DNA of 64,000 bases from Candidatus Poribacteria bacterium (GTDB lineage Bacteria; Poribacteria; WGA-4E; UBA9662). Positions 9,305-19,969 of this stretch are shown here, piece by piece. The stretch is from the NCBI GenBank assembly GCA_046582655.1, contig JAYGDX010000185.1, positions 32,001 to 96,000 on the forward strand, read 5' to 3'. Within the stretch, counting starts at the first letter, position 1. Each line of letters starts with the position of its first letter. The position numbers were made by a program, and so were the translations under genes. The notes under the pieces are model-generated. The model saw nothing but the letters and a program-made list of their open reading frames with translations. It made no database searches and was not told where the DNA came from.

Positions 9305-10537
9305 TTAGTTGATTTCCAATATCTCGTCAATTTCCTTTTGATAATCGTAGACTTGGCAATTTTCCACTTCCTGCATCTTGACTGTCCGTCCAGCTTTAGC
9401 TGACTCGAATATGGCGTAGACAGCAGCTACGTCCTTCATCCCTTCAACGCCGTTCACTTCTATTTGGCGGTCGTTCAAGATAGCTTCAGCCAATTCGTAA
9501 TACTCAAGTGCTATGATTTTCCAATCGACGTTATCCGTTGCAATTCGGTCTGGAAAGAAATGTTCCGCCAACGGTTCCAGAGAGAATCCGTCTACGACAG
9601 TTAAAATCTCTTGATGTCCCATCTCAGCTTGTTCCGCCAGCTGCATAACGGCTCTGCCACCACGAGTACCGAAACTTTTCAACACACCTTTGGTACCCAG
9701 AATCATCTGGCCTCCGTAATTACCATGCCCACCTAGACCAACGATCCAGTTGACAGTTGCACCATTCTCCATCTTGAACATAGCTATCGAATTGTCTTCA
9801 GCAGTAGCTGGTACTTCCGATGCCATAGCCTTGAACCGTTTCTGATAGAAAGTGTAGTTGTCACCGATGCTCTCTTGCTTCTTTCTTACCGGTTCAATCA
9901 ATCGTATATCGCCATAGACTTCCTCAATATCACCTAGTTGATAGCGAATTAAGTCGGTAAAGTGAACGCCCATATCGATGATAGGTCCCCCTTTATCTTT
10001 AAGATGCCTCCAAGGAGTAATAAAAATGGTGTTATTCCCACTGAGCGAATGGAATAACGCCATGTAGGGGACGCCAATGGTTTCGGTTTTCAAGAGGTGA
10101 TGAACCAAACGGGCAGAGGCATCGCGCCGATAGTTCTCCGCTACTGACAACTTGCGGTTGTTCCGTTCGGCGGCTTCAATCATTTTATGACAGGCTTGCA
10201 CAGTAATGGCCATTGGTTTCTCTACCATCACATGCATCCCCAAATCCAGCGCTTGACATACCACTTGATGGTGTACTGAAGGATCAGTTACCACATCCAC
10301 AGCGGTTAGATCCGGCACTCTTTGAACCATTTCCTCTAGGTCAGTAAAAATCTCCGGACACGTTCCCAATAACTGCTCAGCTTCTGTCGCGGCTAATTCG
10401 GCATTCTCACGATGAATATCGCAGACTGCGCAGAGCTCAACATTATTGAAGGGGGTTTGTGCCAGCTCCTGCAAACCATAGAGATGACGCGTTCCCATTC
10501 CACCGCAACCAACCAACCCTATTCTTATTTTATCCAT
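9305..10537 (-). CDS. Gfo/Idh/MocA family oxidoreductase
   Basis: IRIGLVGCGGMG, HVMVEKPMA, AENYR and DMGVHFTD. Likely ATG at 10537. Confidence 0.9.
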   Translation of the reverse strand: MDKIRIGLVGCGGMGTRHLYGLQELAQTPFNNVELCAVCDIHRENAELAATEAEQLLGTCPEIFTDLEEMVQRVPDLTAVDVVTDPSVHHQVVCQALDLGMHVMVEKPMAITVQACHKMIEAAERNNRKLSVAENYRRDASARLVHHLLKTETIGVPYMALFHSLSGNNTIFITPWRHLKDKGGPIIDMGVHFTDLIRYQLGDIEEVYGDIRLIEPVRKKQESIGDNYTFYQKRFKAMASEVPATAEDNSIAMFKMENGATVNWIVGLGGHGNYGGQMILGTKGVLKSFGTRGGRAVMQLAEQAEMGHQEILTVVDGFSLEPLAEHFFPDRIATDNVDWKIIALEYYELAEAILNDRQIEVNGVEGMKDVAAVYAIFESAKAGRTVKMQEVENCQVYDYQKEIDEILEIN

Positions 10538-10661
10538 CTGAATTTCCCTGCTTGTAGGATGATATACAGTTTGATTGTAACAAAAAACAATGAAAACGGT
10601 CAATCAAAGTGATATATAGAATCGGAAGATAGTTGGCTGGTTCTTCAGGAGTACTAAATCC

Positions 10662-10691
10662 AAAACCTGACTTTATAAAAACTGACTTTAT
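10662..10691. repeat. 15-bp tandem direct repeat in a divergent intergenic region
   Basis: aaaacctgactttat followed by aaaaactgactttat (1 mismatch). Confidence 0.7.
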
Positions 10692-11012
10692 TAAGATTTA
10701 AGGCGAAACCATGGTTTGCAACAATCAGAAGTCAAATGGAAATGGTTAGATTCTATTTAGTTCAATTAGCATTTACTTATGAGAGTTATCTGTGTTAAAA
10801 TTTCTTTTTTTAACCAACCGGATTGGTCTTGCGACCTGCGCGATCTAAGCTGGATACTCATCTAGTTTTCCTTTTGGCTAAGGAGCTTATGCAAGCTTAT
10901 TTTATGTGTACTCATTACCAAAGATCTAACAAGGAGTAAACAATCCGAAGATGGATCAAAAATACATATATTAAAGAATTTGAACTCGTGAAAGATTTTT
11001 GAGGTGAAGTAG

Positions 11013-13847
11013 GTGCTAACACAAAGAAATTTTCGATTGCAAGCTGTCCTGACACTTGTTGTTATCATACTTGTTAACTGGGTACAGGCCGAAGAAACCA
11101 AAATTTTGGTTGAATCAGTGCTGGATGACCACATGGGAAAGAGTGTAGTGGTAAGTGGCAAAGTTGTAATGGTCGGGGTACCAGACGATGATAATGTGGC
11201 AGGGAAGGATGCTGGTGCGATTTTTGTTTTTTCTCGTGAAGAAATAGGCTGGGTAGAACAGGCTAAGATTATTCCGGACGATCTCAATCCGGACGATGAA
11301 TTCGGAAGGATAATTGCATTTAAAGAAGACACGTTGGTTGTTGGTATGCCAAGGTACAGTAGGATTTCCAGCGACCATGGTACTGTGTTTGTCTATACCC
11401 AAAGAGGTGATCAATGGATTCGTCAGCCAAATGTGAATGCAAATGACACAGAGGAAAACGATCGTTTCGGCAATGCGGTGGATTTCGATGGAAAAAGACT
11501 AATTGTCGGTGCGTATTCTTCCAACGCCCCAGAGGGAGACTCGGGTTCAGCCTACATATTTGCACGTCAGGGAGATGGATGGGTGCAACAAGCAAAATTG
11601 ATAGCTGATGACGGCGATGCCTTCGATTGGTTTGGATCCTCGGTTGCGATTAACGGGGATTTGGCTGTTGTGGGTGCTATCAGGGAAGATGGTAAGGGAA
11701 TTAATAGCGATTCTGGCGCCGCGTATGTATTCCGGAAAAGTGGCGAATCTTGGAGACAGGAAGCCAAAGTTATTGGACTGAGTACACGTGAGAAGCACAA
11801 CTTTGGTCACACAGTGAAAACAAATGGAGAGATCTTCGCCGTTGGGGTTCCTAAAGGTGGTTCAGCTGGAAATGGAGCGGTTTACTTTTTCCATTTTCAA
11901 GATAATATCTGGCGTCAGAATGGTGCCGCATTAACTGTTCGGTCCGGCAACAATTTTGGTCATTCTATTTCGTTGGAAAATCAGACCGTAATTGTTGGCT
12001 CAACTGGAGATGATAATAGCGTAGTAAATGAAGAAGATGAACGCGGGGCCACGGGAGCCGCCTACATCTTTAGAGAACGCGGAGGGCGATGGATACAGAC
12101 CGCTAAATTGTTGCCTCACGATACAATAGAAGGTGATGACCTCGGCTGGGCTGTCGCTATCAACGGCAACACGGCGGTCGTTGGTTCACCTGATAATAGT
12201 GCAGGTGGTCCGGAATCAGGAGCTGCTTACATTTACGCCAAACAAGGCGAAAAATGGATCAAACAAGTCAAGTTGATAGATACGGTTAGTTCATCGGAGG
12301 ACGAATTTGGTTATTCAGTGGCAATCACCGATGACACGGCGGTTGTGGGTTCCAGACAGGACGATAGGCGTGGGATAAACACGGGGTCAGTATACGTGTA
12401 TGTAAGTCGAACTGATGACAAAGGTGAAACCCGATGGGATAAGCAGTCAATTTTAACGGCTGATGACCCAGCTATTGGAGCACAGTTTGGGCATGCCGTT
12501 GCAGTCGATGAAGACACCATCATCGTTGGTGCTCATAGGATGGATGATACCGGAATTGACTCTGGAGCGGCTTACCTTTTTGCGAGGACATCAGATGTTT
12601 GGAACCAGCAAGCTAAGATAACCGGACAAGGTACGATAACTGAAGATCTGTTTGGTTTTACCGTTGCCATTGATGGAGATTTGACAGTTGTTGGTGCGCA
12701 TGGCACCAATCAGGAAGCCGGAGTAGCGTTTATTTTTGCCCGTGACAATGCGACTTGGCGTCAGCAGGCCAAGCTGGAGGCGAACGATTCAACACCGGGA
12801 GACGCATTTGGTTATTCAGTCGCTATACACCAGCAGACTGTCATCATTGGAGCACCCAAAAATGATATCGCCGGTACCGATGCGGGAGCCGCCTATGTTT
12901 TTGTCAAACAGGGAGACAAATGGATTCAGCAGGCCAAATTGATAGCAGCTGATACGGCCATTGGTGACCAATTTGGTATTGCTGTTGCTACTGACAAAGA
13001 TACTGCTATTATCGGTGCTTGGCTAGATGATATTGCTGAACCTGAAATAGGCTCAGCACCCGATGCGGGTTCGGCCTACGCCTTTATCCGCCAGAAAGGA
13101 AACTGGTCACAACAAACCAAGTTTATTGCCGATGAGCCCGGTGTAGAAGACCATTTTGGTCTTGTCGTTGCCCTGAATGACAGAGCAATTGTCATTGGAG
13201 CACCCGATCGTGATACGTTTTCAGGAGATGACCCTCCCATACCGAGTACTGGCTCAGTTTATTCCTTCGCCCGTGCTGGAGAATTCTGGTCTCCCGCCAT
13301 TCTTGCCACAATATCGGAAGGTGACCTGGCATACGATCGTTTTGGTGGCACGTTAGGGATGAGTGGTGAGAAGATTATTGTTGGAATTCATGGGGATGAT
13401 AGTGCGGGAAATGATGCAGGTGCTGTGTTCATTTTTGATTATGTCGATTTGGGCTTGGAAGTCGATCCACAGCCTTTCTCTGTTCAACCCAATTCAGGCT
13501 TGAAAATATCGTCCCATGCTAAAATCAAAACTGGTGGATTTAGCAGTTCGCCTCGTCAAACCCAATTGCTCTCGAATTACCCGAATCCGTTTAATCCAGA
13601 GACCTGGATTCCGTTTCAATTGGCACAGCCAACATCAGTTGTCTTGCGACTTTACGATTTCGAGGGGAAGGTTATTCGCACCATTAATCTTGGATACAAG
13701 AAAATCGGGTTTTACACTGCCACTGATCGGGCAATTTACTGGGATGGTAAAAACCAGTTGGGCGAATCAGTGTCTAGCGGCGTTTACTTTTATCGATTGA
13801 CTGCTTCGGGTTATGATGCCATAAAAAAAATGGTCATTTTGAGATAG
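11013..13847 (+). CDS. Secreted FG-GAP (integrin-alpha-like) repeat protein with a C-terminal FlgD-Ig/T9SS-like domain
   Basis: Signal peptide, 14 repeats of xFGxxVAIxGDxxVVGA...GAAYxF, and a C-terminal LLSNYPNPFNPETWIPFQL...WDGKNQLGESVSSGVYFYRL. Confidence 0.9.
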   Translation: MLTQRNFRLQAVLTLVVIILVNWVQAEETKILVESVLDDHMGKSVVVSGKVVMVGVPDDDNVAGKDAGAIFVFSREEIGWVEQAKIIPDDLNPDDEFGRIIAFKEDTLVVGMPRYSRISSDHGTVFVYTQRGDQWIRQPNVNANDTEENDRFGNAVDFDGKRLIVGAYSSNAPEGDSGSAYIFARQGDGWVQQAKLIADDGDAFDWFGSSVAINGDLAVVGAIREDGKGINSDSGAAYVFRKSGESWRQEAKVIGLSTREKHNFGHTVKTNGEIFAVGVPKGGSAGNGAVYFFHFQDNIWRQNGAALTVRSGNNFGHSISLENQTVIVGSTGDDNSVVNEEDERGATGAAYIFRERGGRWIQTAKLLPHDTIEGDDLGWAVAINGNTAVVGSPDNSAGGPESGAAYIYAKQGEKWIKQVKLIDTVSSSEDEFGYSVAITDDTAVVGSRQDDRRGINTGSVYVYVSRTDDKGETRWDKQSILTADDPAIGAQFGHAVAVDEDTIIVGAHRMDDTGIDSGAAYLFARTSDVWNQQAKITGQGTITEDLFGFTVAIDGDLTVVGAHGTNQEAGVAFIFARDNATWRQQAKLEANDSTPGDAFGYSVAIHQQTVIIGAPKNDIAGTDAGAAYVFVKQGDKWIQQAKLIAADTAIGDQFGIAVATDKDTAIIGAWLDDIAEPEIGSAPDAGSAYAFIRQKGNWSQQTKFIADEPGVEDHFGLVVALNDRAIVIGAPDRDTFSGDDPPIPSTGSVYSFARAGEFWSPAILATISEGDLAYDRFGGTLGMSGEKIIVGIHGDDSAGNDAGAVFIFDYVDLGLEVDPQPFSVQPNSGLKISSHAKIKTGGFSSSPRQTQLLSNYPNPFNPETWIPFQLAQPTSVVLRLYDFEGKVIRTINLGYKKIGFYTATDRAIYWDGKNQLGESVSSGVYFYRLTASGYDAIKKMVILR

Positions 13848-13928
13848 AAAACATTAAAGAAATATTGATTCTGTAAATCGGATTTCCTCTCAAAAAGAAA
13901 ATAAAATTTCGCAGCGCGTTAGCAAAAT

Positions 13929-15233
13929 CTAATCTGTGTCAAATCGTATTTCCATTGCCGCTGCGTGTCCTTTGAGTCCTTCGATATGAGCCAATTTGGT
14001 GACAGCGGGTGTGACCTCTTTTAGAGCGGATTTGGTGTAATGGATCAAACTGGTTTTTTTGATAAAGTCATCGACGCTTAGCGGTGAGGCATATTTTGCT
14101 GTTCCGCCTGTCGGCAGAATGTGATTTGGTCCGGCAATGTAATCACCAACTGATTCCGGCGTGAACTTTCCAATCATAATGGCTCCAGCATTTCGGATGT
14201 TGCCGATCCATGTCAGCGGATCGGCAACATCCAACTCAATGTGTTCAGGAGCGATATGATTCGCTAGGCTTATCGCTTGATCAAGGTTTTCAACAACAAA
14301 GGCAACACCATAATTTTCAAAAGCACCGGTTATTTCTTTCTGACGTGGAAGATTGACGACCTGAGAAACAATTTGCGACTGAACTGCCTCGGCGATTTCC
14401 TTTGAGGTGGTTACTAAAATTGCAGAAGAATCCTCGCCGTGTTCGGCTTGAGATATAAGATCAGCAGCAATGTGTAATGGACTCGCCTGTTGGTCCGCGA
14501 TGACCAAAACTTCACTGGGGCCAGCAATCTTATCAATGTCAATCAAACCGTAGACCTCTTTCTTTGCGACTTGGACGTACAGGTTTCCCGGCCCAACGAC
14601 TTTATCTACTTTTGCAATTGTATTTGTGCCGTAAGCCATAGCAGCAACGGCTTGTGCTCCCCCACATCTGTAGATTTCACGTGTGCCACACTCCGCTGCT
14701 GCAACCAACATGTGTGGATCAATAGTTCCATCTGGTTTGGGGCCCATGAATACAGCAATTTCATCTACTCCCGCCACCCGCGCTGGTATCACATTCATGA
14801 TCAGGGATGAAACAAGCAGTTGGCTTACTGAGGGAACGCATACACCGACTCGGTGAAGTGGTCGAAGCAGATGACCTAAAATAACGCCGTTTGTTTCTGT
14901 GGTAATCCAAGAGTTACGCAGTTGCTTTTGGTGAAAACTTTCAATATTTGATTTGGCTAAACTAATTGCTCCTAAAAAATCTTCTTCAACTTCTGAATAA
15001 GCAAGATCAATTTCTCGGTCGGTGATCTGAAGATCGTGGAGCGAGATATCTGGCGCATCAAATTTACGGGTATATTTAACCACCGCATTATCACCAGTTT
15101 CGCGTACGTCTGTAAGAATCTCTCGAACTGTCATTAGAATGGGCTCGTTTTCAAACTGACTGCGATGTTCTAATTTTTTGATCATTTCTTTTGACAACTC
15201 TGAATTGTATTCAACAATTTTTATCATAAGCAA
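13929..15233 (-). CDS. hisD: Histidinol dehydrogenase
   Basis: GGAQAVAAMAYG, KVVGPGNLYV, IAGPSE, QAEH, APEH and GDYIAGPNHILPT. Confidence 0.95.
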   Translation of the reverse strand: MLMIKIVEYNSELSKEMIKKLEHRSQFENEPILMTVREILTDVRETGDNAVVKYTRKFDAPDISLHDLQITDREIDLAYSEVEEDFLGAISLAKSNIESFHQKQLRNSWITTETNGVILGHLLRPLHRVGVCVPSVSQLLVSSLIMNVIPARVAGVDEIAVFMGPKPDGTIDPHMLVAAAECGTREIYRCGGAQAVAAMAYGTNTIAKVDKVVGPGNLYVQVAKKEVYGLIDIDKIAGPSEVLVIADQQASPLHIAADLISQAEHGEDSSAILVTTSKEIAEAVQSQIVSQVVNLPRQKEITGAFENYGVAFVVENLDQAISLANHIAPEHIELDVADPLTWIGNIRNAGAIMIGKFTPESVGDYIAGPNHILPTGGTAKYASPLSVDDFIKKTSLIHYTKSALKEVTPAVTKLAHIEGLKGHAAAMEIRFDTD

Positions 15234-15243
15234 TTCCCAATTT

Positions 15244-16506
15244 TCATTTTTGTCTTACAATGTCTGCTCCAATATTGGTCAGCTTCTTCTCAATCTTCTC
15301 ATAGCCGCGATCAATATGATAAACGCGTGAGATGACCGTTTCACCTTTGGCTGCCATGCCGGCTAGTATTAATACTGCGCCGGCACGTAGATCTGATGCC
15401 ATGACAGGAGCTCCACTAAGGCTGTTTACACCATGGATAACCGCACTGTCCCCGTCAATGAGGATTTTTGCTCCCATACGGTTGAGTTCACTGACATGCA
15501 TGAACCGGTCGGGAAATATAGATTCAGTGATCACACTCATACCCGGAGTTAAGGCCATTAGCCCCATTATTTGGGCCTGCATATCAGTGGGGAATCCAGG
15601 ATAAACATCAGTGCCAACATCGGCTGGAACAAGCGGGTTAGGCGTTGTGATATGGACACCTTTCTCTTGCCAATCGAGCTGTACACCAATCTGGCAGAGC
15701 TTTTCTGCTAATGCTTCCATATGTGTTGGGATGGCGTTGTTAATAAAAATATCTCCGTTGGTGACCGCACCTGCGATCATAAAAGTTCCTGCTTCAATTC
15801 GGTCGGGAATAACAGCGTAATTTGTACCGTGCAACTCTTCGACGCCATGGATTGTAACGGTGGCGGTTCCTCCTCCGGAGACTTGAGCACCCATTTTATT
15901 TAGAAAATTGGCCAGATCCACAATCTCCGGTTCGCAGGCTGCATCTCGGATAGTTGTTATGCCCTTTGCCAAGACAGCGGCCATCATAACATTTGCTGTC
16001 GCTCCAACACTTGACCCATTAGTTCCCTTAAGTTCGATTTCCGTGCCAATAAGCTGGTCAGCTTTCGCTAGGATATACCCACCTTCAATCTCAATAGTTG
16101 CGCCAAGTGCCTTAAGGCCTTTAAGATGTAGGTCTACTGGTCGCGGTCCAATCGCACATCCACCGGGAAATGAGACCTTTGCTCGTCCTAGCTTGGTAAT
16201 CAGCGGTCCTAAAACATATATGGAGGCACGCATCTTCCTGACGAGATCATAGGGAGCTTGGTAAGTTTTCTGATCTATCGGTTCGATTGAGAGCGTTCCG
16301 CTTTCAAATTGCAGTCGCGCGCCCAATCCTTCCAAGACATGGCACAAAGTTTGTAGATCCATTAGATCTGGAATGTTGCGGAGTGTACTTGGTTGTTCGG
16401 CTAATATTGTTGCCGCAACTATGATTGGCAAGGCTGCATTCTTGGAACCACTAACTGATACTGTCCCCTTAAGTCGCCGTCCTCCTTGGACAATCAATTT
16501 ATCCAT
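15244..16506 (-). CDS. murA: UDP-N-acetylglucosamine 1-carboxyvinyltransferase
   Basis: SGSKNAALP, RASIYVLGP, PGGCAIGPRPVDLH, PDRIEAGT, GFPTDMQAQ and DLRAGA. Confidence 0.97.
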   Translation of the reverse strand: MDKLIVQGGRRLKGTVSVSGSKNAALPIIVAATILAEQPSTLRNIPDLMDLQTLCHVLEGLGARLQFESGTLSIEPIDQKTYQAPYDLVRKMRASIYVLGPLITKLGRAKVSFPGGCAIGPRPVDLHLKGLKALGATIEIEGGYILAKADQLIGTEIELKGTNGSSVGATANVMMAAVLAKGITTIRDAACEPEIVDLANFLNKMGAQVSGGGTATVTIHGVEELHGTNYAVIPDRIEAGTFMIAGAVTNGDIFINNAIPTHMEALAEKLCQIGVQLDWQEKGVHITTPNPLVPADVGTDVYPGFPTDMQAQIMGLMALTPGMSVITESIFPDRFMHVSELNRMGAKILIDGDSAVIHGVNSLSGAPVMASDLRAGAVLILAGMAAKGETVISRVYHIDRGYEKIEKKLTNIGADIVRQK

Positions 16507-16624
16507 CTGTATTATGATGTTCCTGAGTTTTTATAGATTATTCTTTTGCATACCATATTTGCATTTCTCCATTTAAAGTATATCATCAGTTTCCTTCCTA
16601 ATGCGTAAAGTATGAAAAAAGGAC

Positions 16625-16653
16625 TTGACACACTTTATGAAATGTGAGACAAT
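16625..16653 (+). promoter_or_regulatory. Sigma70-type promoter for the nuo-atp cluster
   Basis: TTGACA at 16625-16630, a 17-bp spacer ending TGa, then GACAAT at 16648-16653. Confidence 0.55.
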
Positions 16654-16757
16654 TGAGCCGTTTTTACTCTTAAGTAAGATTTAGGAAATTAGGGGATTTG
16701 CTGGCTCGCTGGCCTCTCATCTAAAGTTACAATAAAATTCCCGAATTGCAAGCAATA

Positions 16758-17129
16758 ATGCTTATTGATTACCTGCCTATTTTGCTTTTGGTTGCTTTTG
16801 CTGTAATTTTTGCAGCTATTAGCTTACTAGCCACCCACCTATTAGGTCCCCGAGAACCAAATAAATCAAAGCTGTCTGTTTATGAATCTGGGGTGCAACC
16901 AGTGGGCGATACCCGAAAAAGATTTTCGATTCGTTTCGATCTTATCGCAATGCTATTCATTATTTTTGATATTGAGGTAATTTTTTTGTATCCCTGGGCA
17001 TTGATATTTAAAAAATTTATCAGGGATGGGATGGGTAGTTTTATTCTAATTGAGATGTTGGTGTTTATCGGCATTTTACTCGTAGGTTATATCTATGCTT
17101 GGAAGAAAGGTGGATTATCATGGGAATAG
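16758..17129 (+). CDS. nuoA: NADH-quinone oxidoreductase subunit A
   Basis: [18 protein letters not shown] and [11 protein letters not shown]. Confidence 0.95.
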   Translation: MLIDYLPILLLVAFAVIFAAISLLATHLLGPREPNKSKLSVYESGVQPVGDTRKRFSIRFDLIAMLFIIFDIEVIFLYPWALIFKKFIRDGMGSFILIEMLVFIGILLVGYIYAWKKGGLSWE

Positions 17130-17638
17130 AAAGTAATCTTGGAGACAGTTTCATCACAACAACTATTGATAAGATTGTAAATTGGGGGCGTAAAAACTCG
17201 CTTTGGCCGATGCCTTTTGGTACAGCTTGTTGCGCCATTGAGATGATGGCCACCTTGGCCACGAAGTTCGATCTCTCGCGATTTGGTGCTGAAGCTATCC
17301 GTTTTTCACCCCGTCAGTCTGATCTAATGATTGTATCAGGGCGTATCTCGATTAAAATGATGCCGGTTCTGCGGAAAATTTACGATCAGATGCCTGAACC
17401 CAAATGGGTGATATCTATGGGCGCATGTGCTTCCTGTGGAGGGGTTTTTGATACCTACACGCTTGTTCAGGGAGTAGATCAGTTTATGCCAGTCGATATC
17501 TATGTTCCAGGTTGCCCACCCCGTCCTGAAGACCTAATCGATGCTGTTATGCAGATTCAGAAATTAATTGGTGACGAGACGGTTTCTGCTGCCCGAATGG
17601 CTAAGAGAGAAGCAGTCTCACAGGGCACATTAGGTTAG
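17120..17638 (+). CDS. nuoB: NADH-quinone oxidoreductase subunit B
   Basis: [26 protein letters not shown] and PGCPPRPE. Confidence 0.97.
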   Translation: MGIESNLGDSFITTTIDKIVNWGRKNSLWPMPFGTACCAIEMMATLATKFDLSRFGAEAIRFSPRQSDLMIVSGRISIKMMPVLRKIYDQMPEPKWVISMGACASCGGVFDTYTLVQGVDQFMPVDIYVPGCPPRPEDLIDAVMQIQKLIGDETVSAARMAKREAVSQGTLG

Positions 17639-17648
17639 AGTGGGGATC

Positions 17649-18206
17649 ATGAGCGAACAGCAAACCGTTGCCGAAGTCGCAGAGCCTCAGGAACCAATAG
17701 TCATTCAGCAGCTAAGAGAAAGATTTTTGGATCATATTCTTGCTGTTATTGATCAACGGAGTGAGCTAAGTGTGGTTGTTAACAAAGATGCTTCGTTTGA
17801 GGTACTTGAGTTTCTGAAGACGGATTCTAATCTTTCCTACGATTTTCTTGTTGATGTCACCGCAGTTGACTACTCCCAGATGGAAGATATTTTGGTAGAG
17901 TATGACTATGCAAGATTTATGGTGATTTACCACCTTAATTCCTTAATGACAAACGAGCGCCTGCGTGTCAAGGTGCCGGTCAGTGAAAAAGAACTCACCC
18001 TCAAGTCTGCTGTTATCCTCTGGAATAGTGCCAATTGGCTGGAACGCGAAGTTTATGATATGTTCGGTATAAATTTCGATGGTCATCCTGACTTGCGTCG
18101 GATTTTAATGCCGGATGATTTTGAAGGGTTTCCGCTTCGTAAAGACTACCCGCTCCGCGGTCGTGGTGAACGAGAAACATTTAATTTCGGGCGTGAAAAC
18201 GTCTAG
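17649..18206 (+). CDS. nuoC: NADH-quinone oxidoreductase subunit C
   Basis: WLEREVYDMFGINFDGHPDLRRILM and PLRKDYP. Confidence 0.95.
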   Translation: MSEQQTVAEVAEPQEPIVIQQLRERFLDHILAVIDQRSELSVVVNKDASFEVLEFLKTDSNLSYDFLVDVTAVDYSQMEDILVEYDYARFMVIYHLNSLMTNERLRVKVPVSEKELTLKSAVILWNSANWLEREVYDMFGINFDGHPDLRRILMPDDFEGFPLRKDYPLRGRGERETFNFGRENV

Positions 18207-18228
18207 GACCAAGTTAGGGAGAAGACTT

Positions 18229-19428
18229 ATGTCAGAACTTGTTGATCGTACGACAACTGGCGAACCTATGACGCTAAGTTTTGGGCCACAACATCCAGCG
18301 ACACATGGGACTCTCCGAATTGTTTTGGAGTTGGATGGTGAAACTGTGCTGAAAGCAACTCCGCACCTTGGTTATCTTCACACCGGATTTGAGAAACTTG
18401 GCGAACATCTCGACTACAATCAATACATTGTTGTAACTGATCGAATGAACTACCTGTCGCCGTTGTCGAATAATTTTGGATATGCTTTGGCCGTTGAAAA
18501 GTTGTTCGATATGGAATTGCCGAAACGTGGCCAGTATATTCGTGTCATTATGGCGGAGTTATCTCGTATCGCCGATCACTTGATTTGGTTGGGGACATCA
18601 GCCTTGGATTTAGGAGCGTTCTCAGTTTTTCTTTATGGTTTCCAGCAGCGTGAAAAACTCTACAAAATTTTTGAAAACACAACAGGCGCGCGTTTAACGA
18701 CGAGCTATACACGTATAGGTGGATTACTCCGAGATTTATACCCTGATTTTGAAGATGAGGTTCGATCATTCATCAGGGATTTTCCTAAAAAGTTGAAGGA
18801 GATTCATACTTTGTTGACCAAGAACCGGATCTGGATGGATCGGACTAAAGATGTTGGTCAAATTAGCAAGGAAGATGCAATCAATTACAGTTACACAGGA
18901 CCGTGCCTCAGGGCGACTGGTGTTGATCGAGATTTGCGTAAGGTTGAACCGTATTCGTCTTACGATGAATTTGATTTTGACGTGCCCGTTGGATCTAATG
19001 GAGATGCCTACGACCGCTATCTCGTTCGTATGGAAGAAACGATTCAGAGCTGTCGAATCGTAACCCAAGCTCTGGACAATTTACCGGATGGTCCAATTAA
19101 TGTGGAGAGCCACAAAATCAGTCTACCGTCGAAGCAAGACACCTATGGACATATCGAAGGTTTAATTCACCACTTTAAAATCATTATGGATGGTCACGGC
19201 ATTCAACCATCTGTTGGTGAAGTCTACTGTGCAACTGAATCGCCGAACGGCGAACTTGGATTTTATATTGTCAGTGATGGTAGTGGGACAGCTTATCGGG
19301 TTCGGGTGCGTCCCCCAAGTTTTTTCCATTTTCAAGCCTTTGACCACTTAATTCGTGGCGGAATGATGTCTGATGTTGTTGCTGTTCTTGGTAGTTTGAA
19401 CGTTATCGCCGGAGAGCTTGATCGTTAA
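18229..19428 (+). CDS. nuoD: NADH-quinone oxidoreductase subunit D
   Basis: FGPQHPATHGTLR, GYLHTGFEK, DRMNY and a C-terminal GELDR. Likely start is ATG 18229. Confidence 0.96.
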   Translation: MSELVDRTTTGEPMTLSFGPQHPATHGTLRIVLELDGETVLKATPHLGYLHTGFEKLGEHLDYNQYIVVTDRMNYLSPLSNNFGYALAVEKLFDMELPKRGQYIRVIMAELSRIADHLIWLGTSALDLGAFSVFLYGFQQREKLYKIFENTTGARLTTSYTRIGGLLRDLYPDFEDEVRSFIRDFPKKLKEIHTLLTKNRIWMDRTKDVGQISKEDAINYSYTGPCLRATGVDRDLRKVEPYSSYDEFDFDVPVGSNGDAYDRYLVRMEETIQSCRIVTQALDNLPDGPINVESHKISLPSKQDTYGHIEGLIHHFKIIMDGHGIQPSVGEVYCATESPNGELGFYIVSDGSGTAYRVRVRPPSFFHFQAFDHLIRGGMMSDVVAVLGSLNVIAGELDR

Positions 19429-19460
19429 TCTCACAACGTTTTTTATTTTAAGGAACATAA

Positions 19461-19955
19461 ATGGCATTTGAGTTTTCTGAGGAAAACAAACCGACGCTGG
19501 AAAATCTCATAAAGTGTTATCCGATTAAGGAAGCCGCTATGCTTCCTGCTCTACACTTGGCACAGCAGCAAAATGGATATATTACAGAAGAGGTTATGGC
19601 CTGCGTTGCTGAGGTTCTTGAAGTCTCAATAATGAAAGTCAAAGACGTGGTAACCTTTTACCCGATGTTCTTCGAGGAACCGGTAGGCAAGTACGTCATT
19701 CGTATTTGTCACACATTGCCGTGCGCGCTACGGGATTGTAAAAAAGTGCTTGACCATTTAAAAGAGAAACTCGATGTAGATGTTGCTTCCGAAAGAGATC
19801 TTTCAAAAGGAACGACGTCTGATAGAAGATTTACGCTGATGAAATCGGAGTGCCTTGCTTCTTGCGACGTGGCTCCCGTTGTGATGATTAATGATGACCT
19901 TTACAAAAACCTTACACCGGAAAAGGTTGATGAAGTCTTAGACAGCTTAGATTAG
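19461..19955 (+). CDS. nuoE: NADH-quinone oxidoreductase subunit E
   Basis: VVTFYPMF; 2Fe-2S ligands in CHTLPC and CLASC. Confidence 0.93.
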   Translation: MAFEFSEENKPTLENLIKCYPIKEAAMLPALHLAQQQNGYITEEVMACVAEVLEVSIMKVKDVVTFYPMFFEEPVGKYVIRICHTLPCALRDCKKVLDHLKEKLDVDVASERDLSKGTTSDRRFTLMKSECLASCDVAPVVMINDDLYKNLTPEKVDEVLDSLD

Positions 19956-19969
19956 AGATGTGGGGTAAC

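Noticed and set aside
10862..11332. 156-aa minus-strand ORF and the many other short antisense or overlapping ORFs in the track (e.g. 47392-47901, 23653-24075)
   Set aside because: They are shadow frames of well-supported genes and show no recognisable motifs.
13929..16506. murA-hisD adjacency without hisG as a novel pathway link
   Set aside because: murA-hisG-hisD clustering is common, so loss or relocation of hisG is an ordinary rearrangement.
16635..16652. Possible Rex operator (ttatgaaatgtgagacaa) in the nuo promoter
   Set aside because: Only 10 of 14 consensus positions match and the right half-site is poor; not distinguishable from chance in AT-rich DNA.
18115..18228. nuoC/nuoD overlap or fusion suggested by the ORF track
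   Set aside because: nuoC has its own stop at 18206 and nuoD has a suitable RBS and ATG at 18229. The upstream extension is an ORF-calling artefact.
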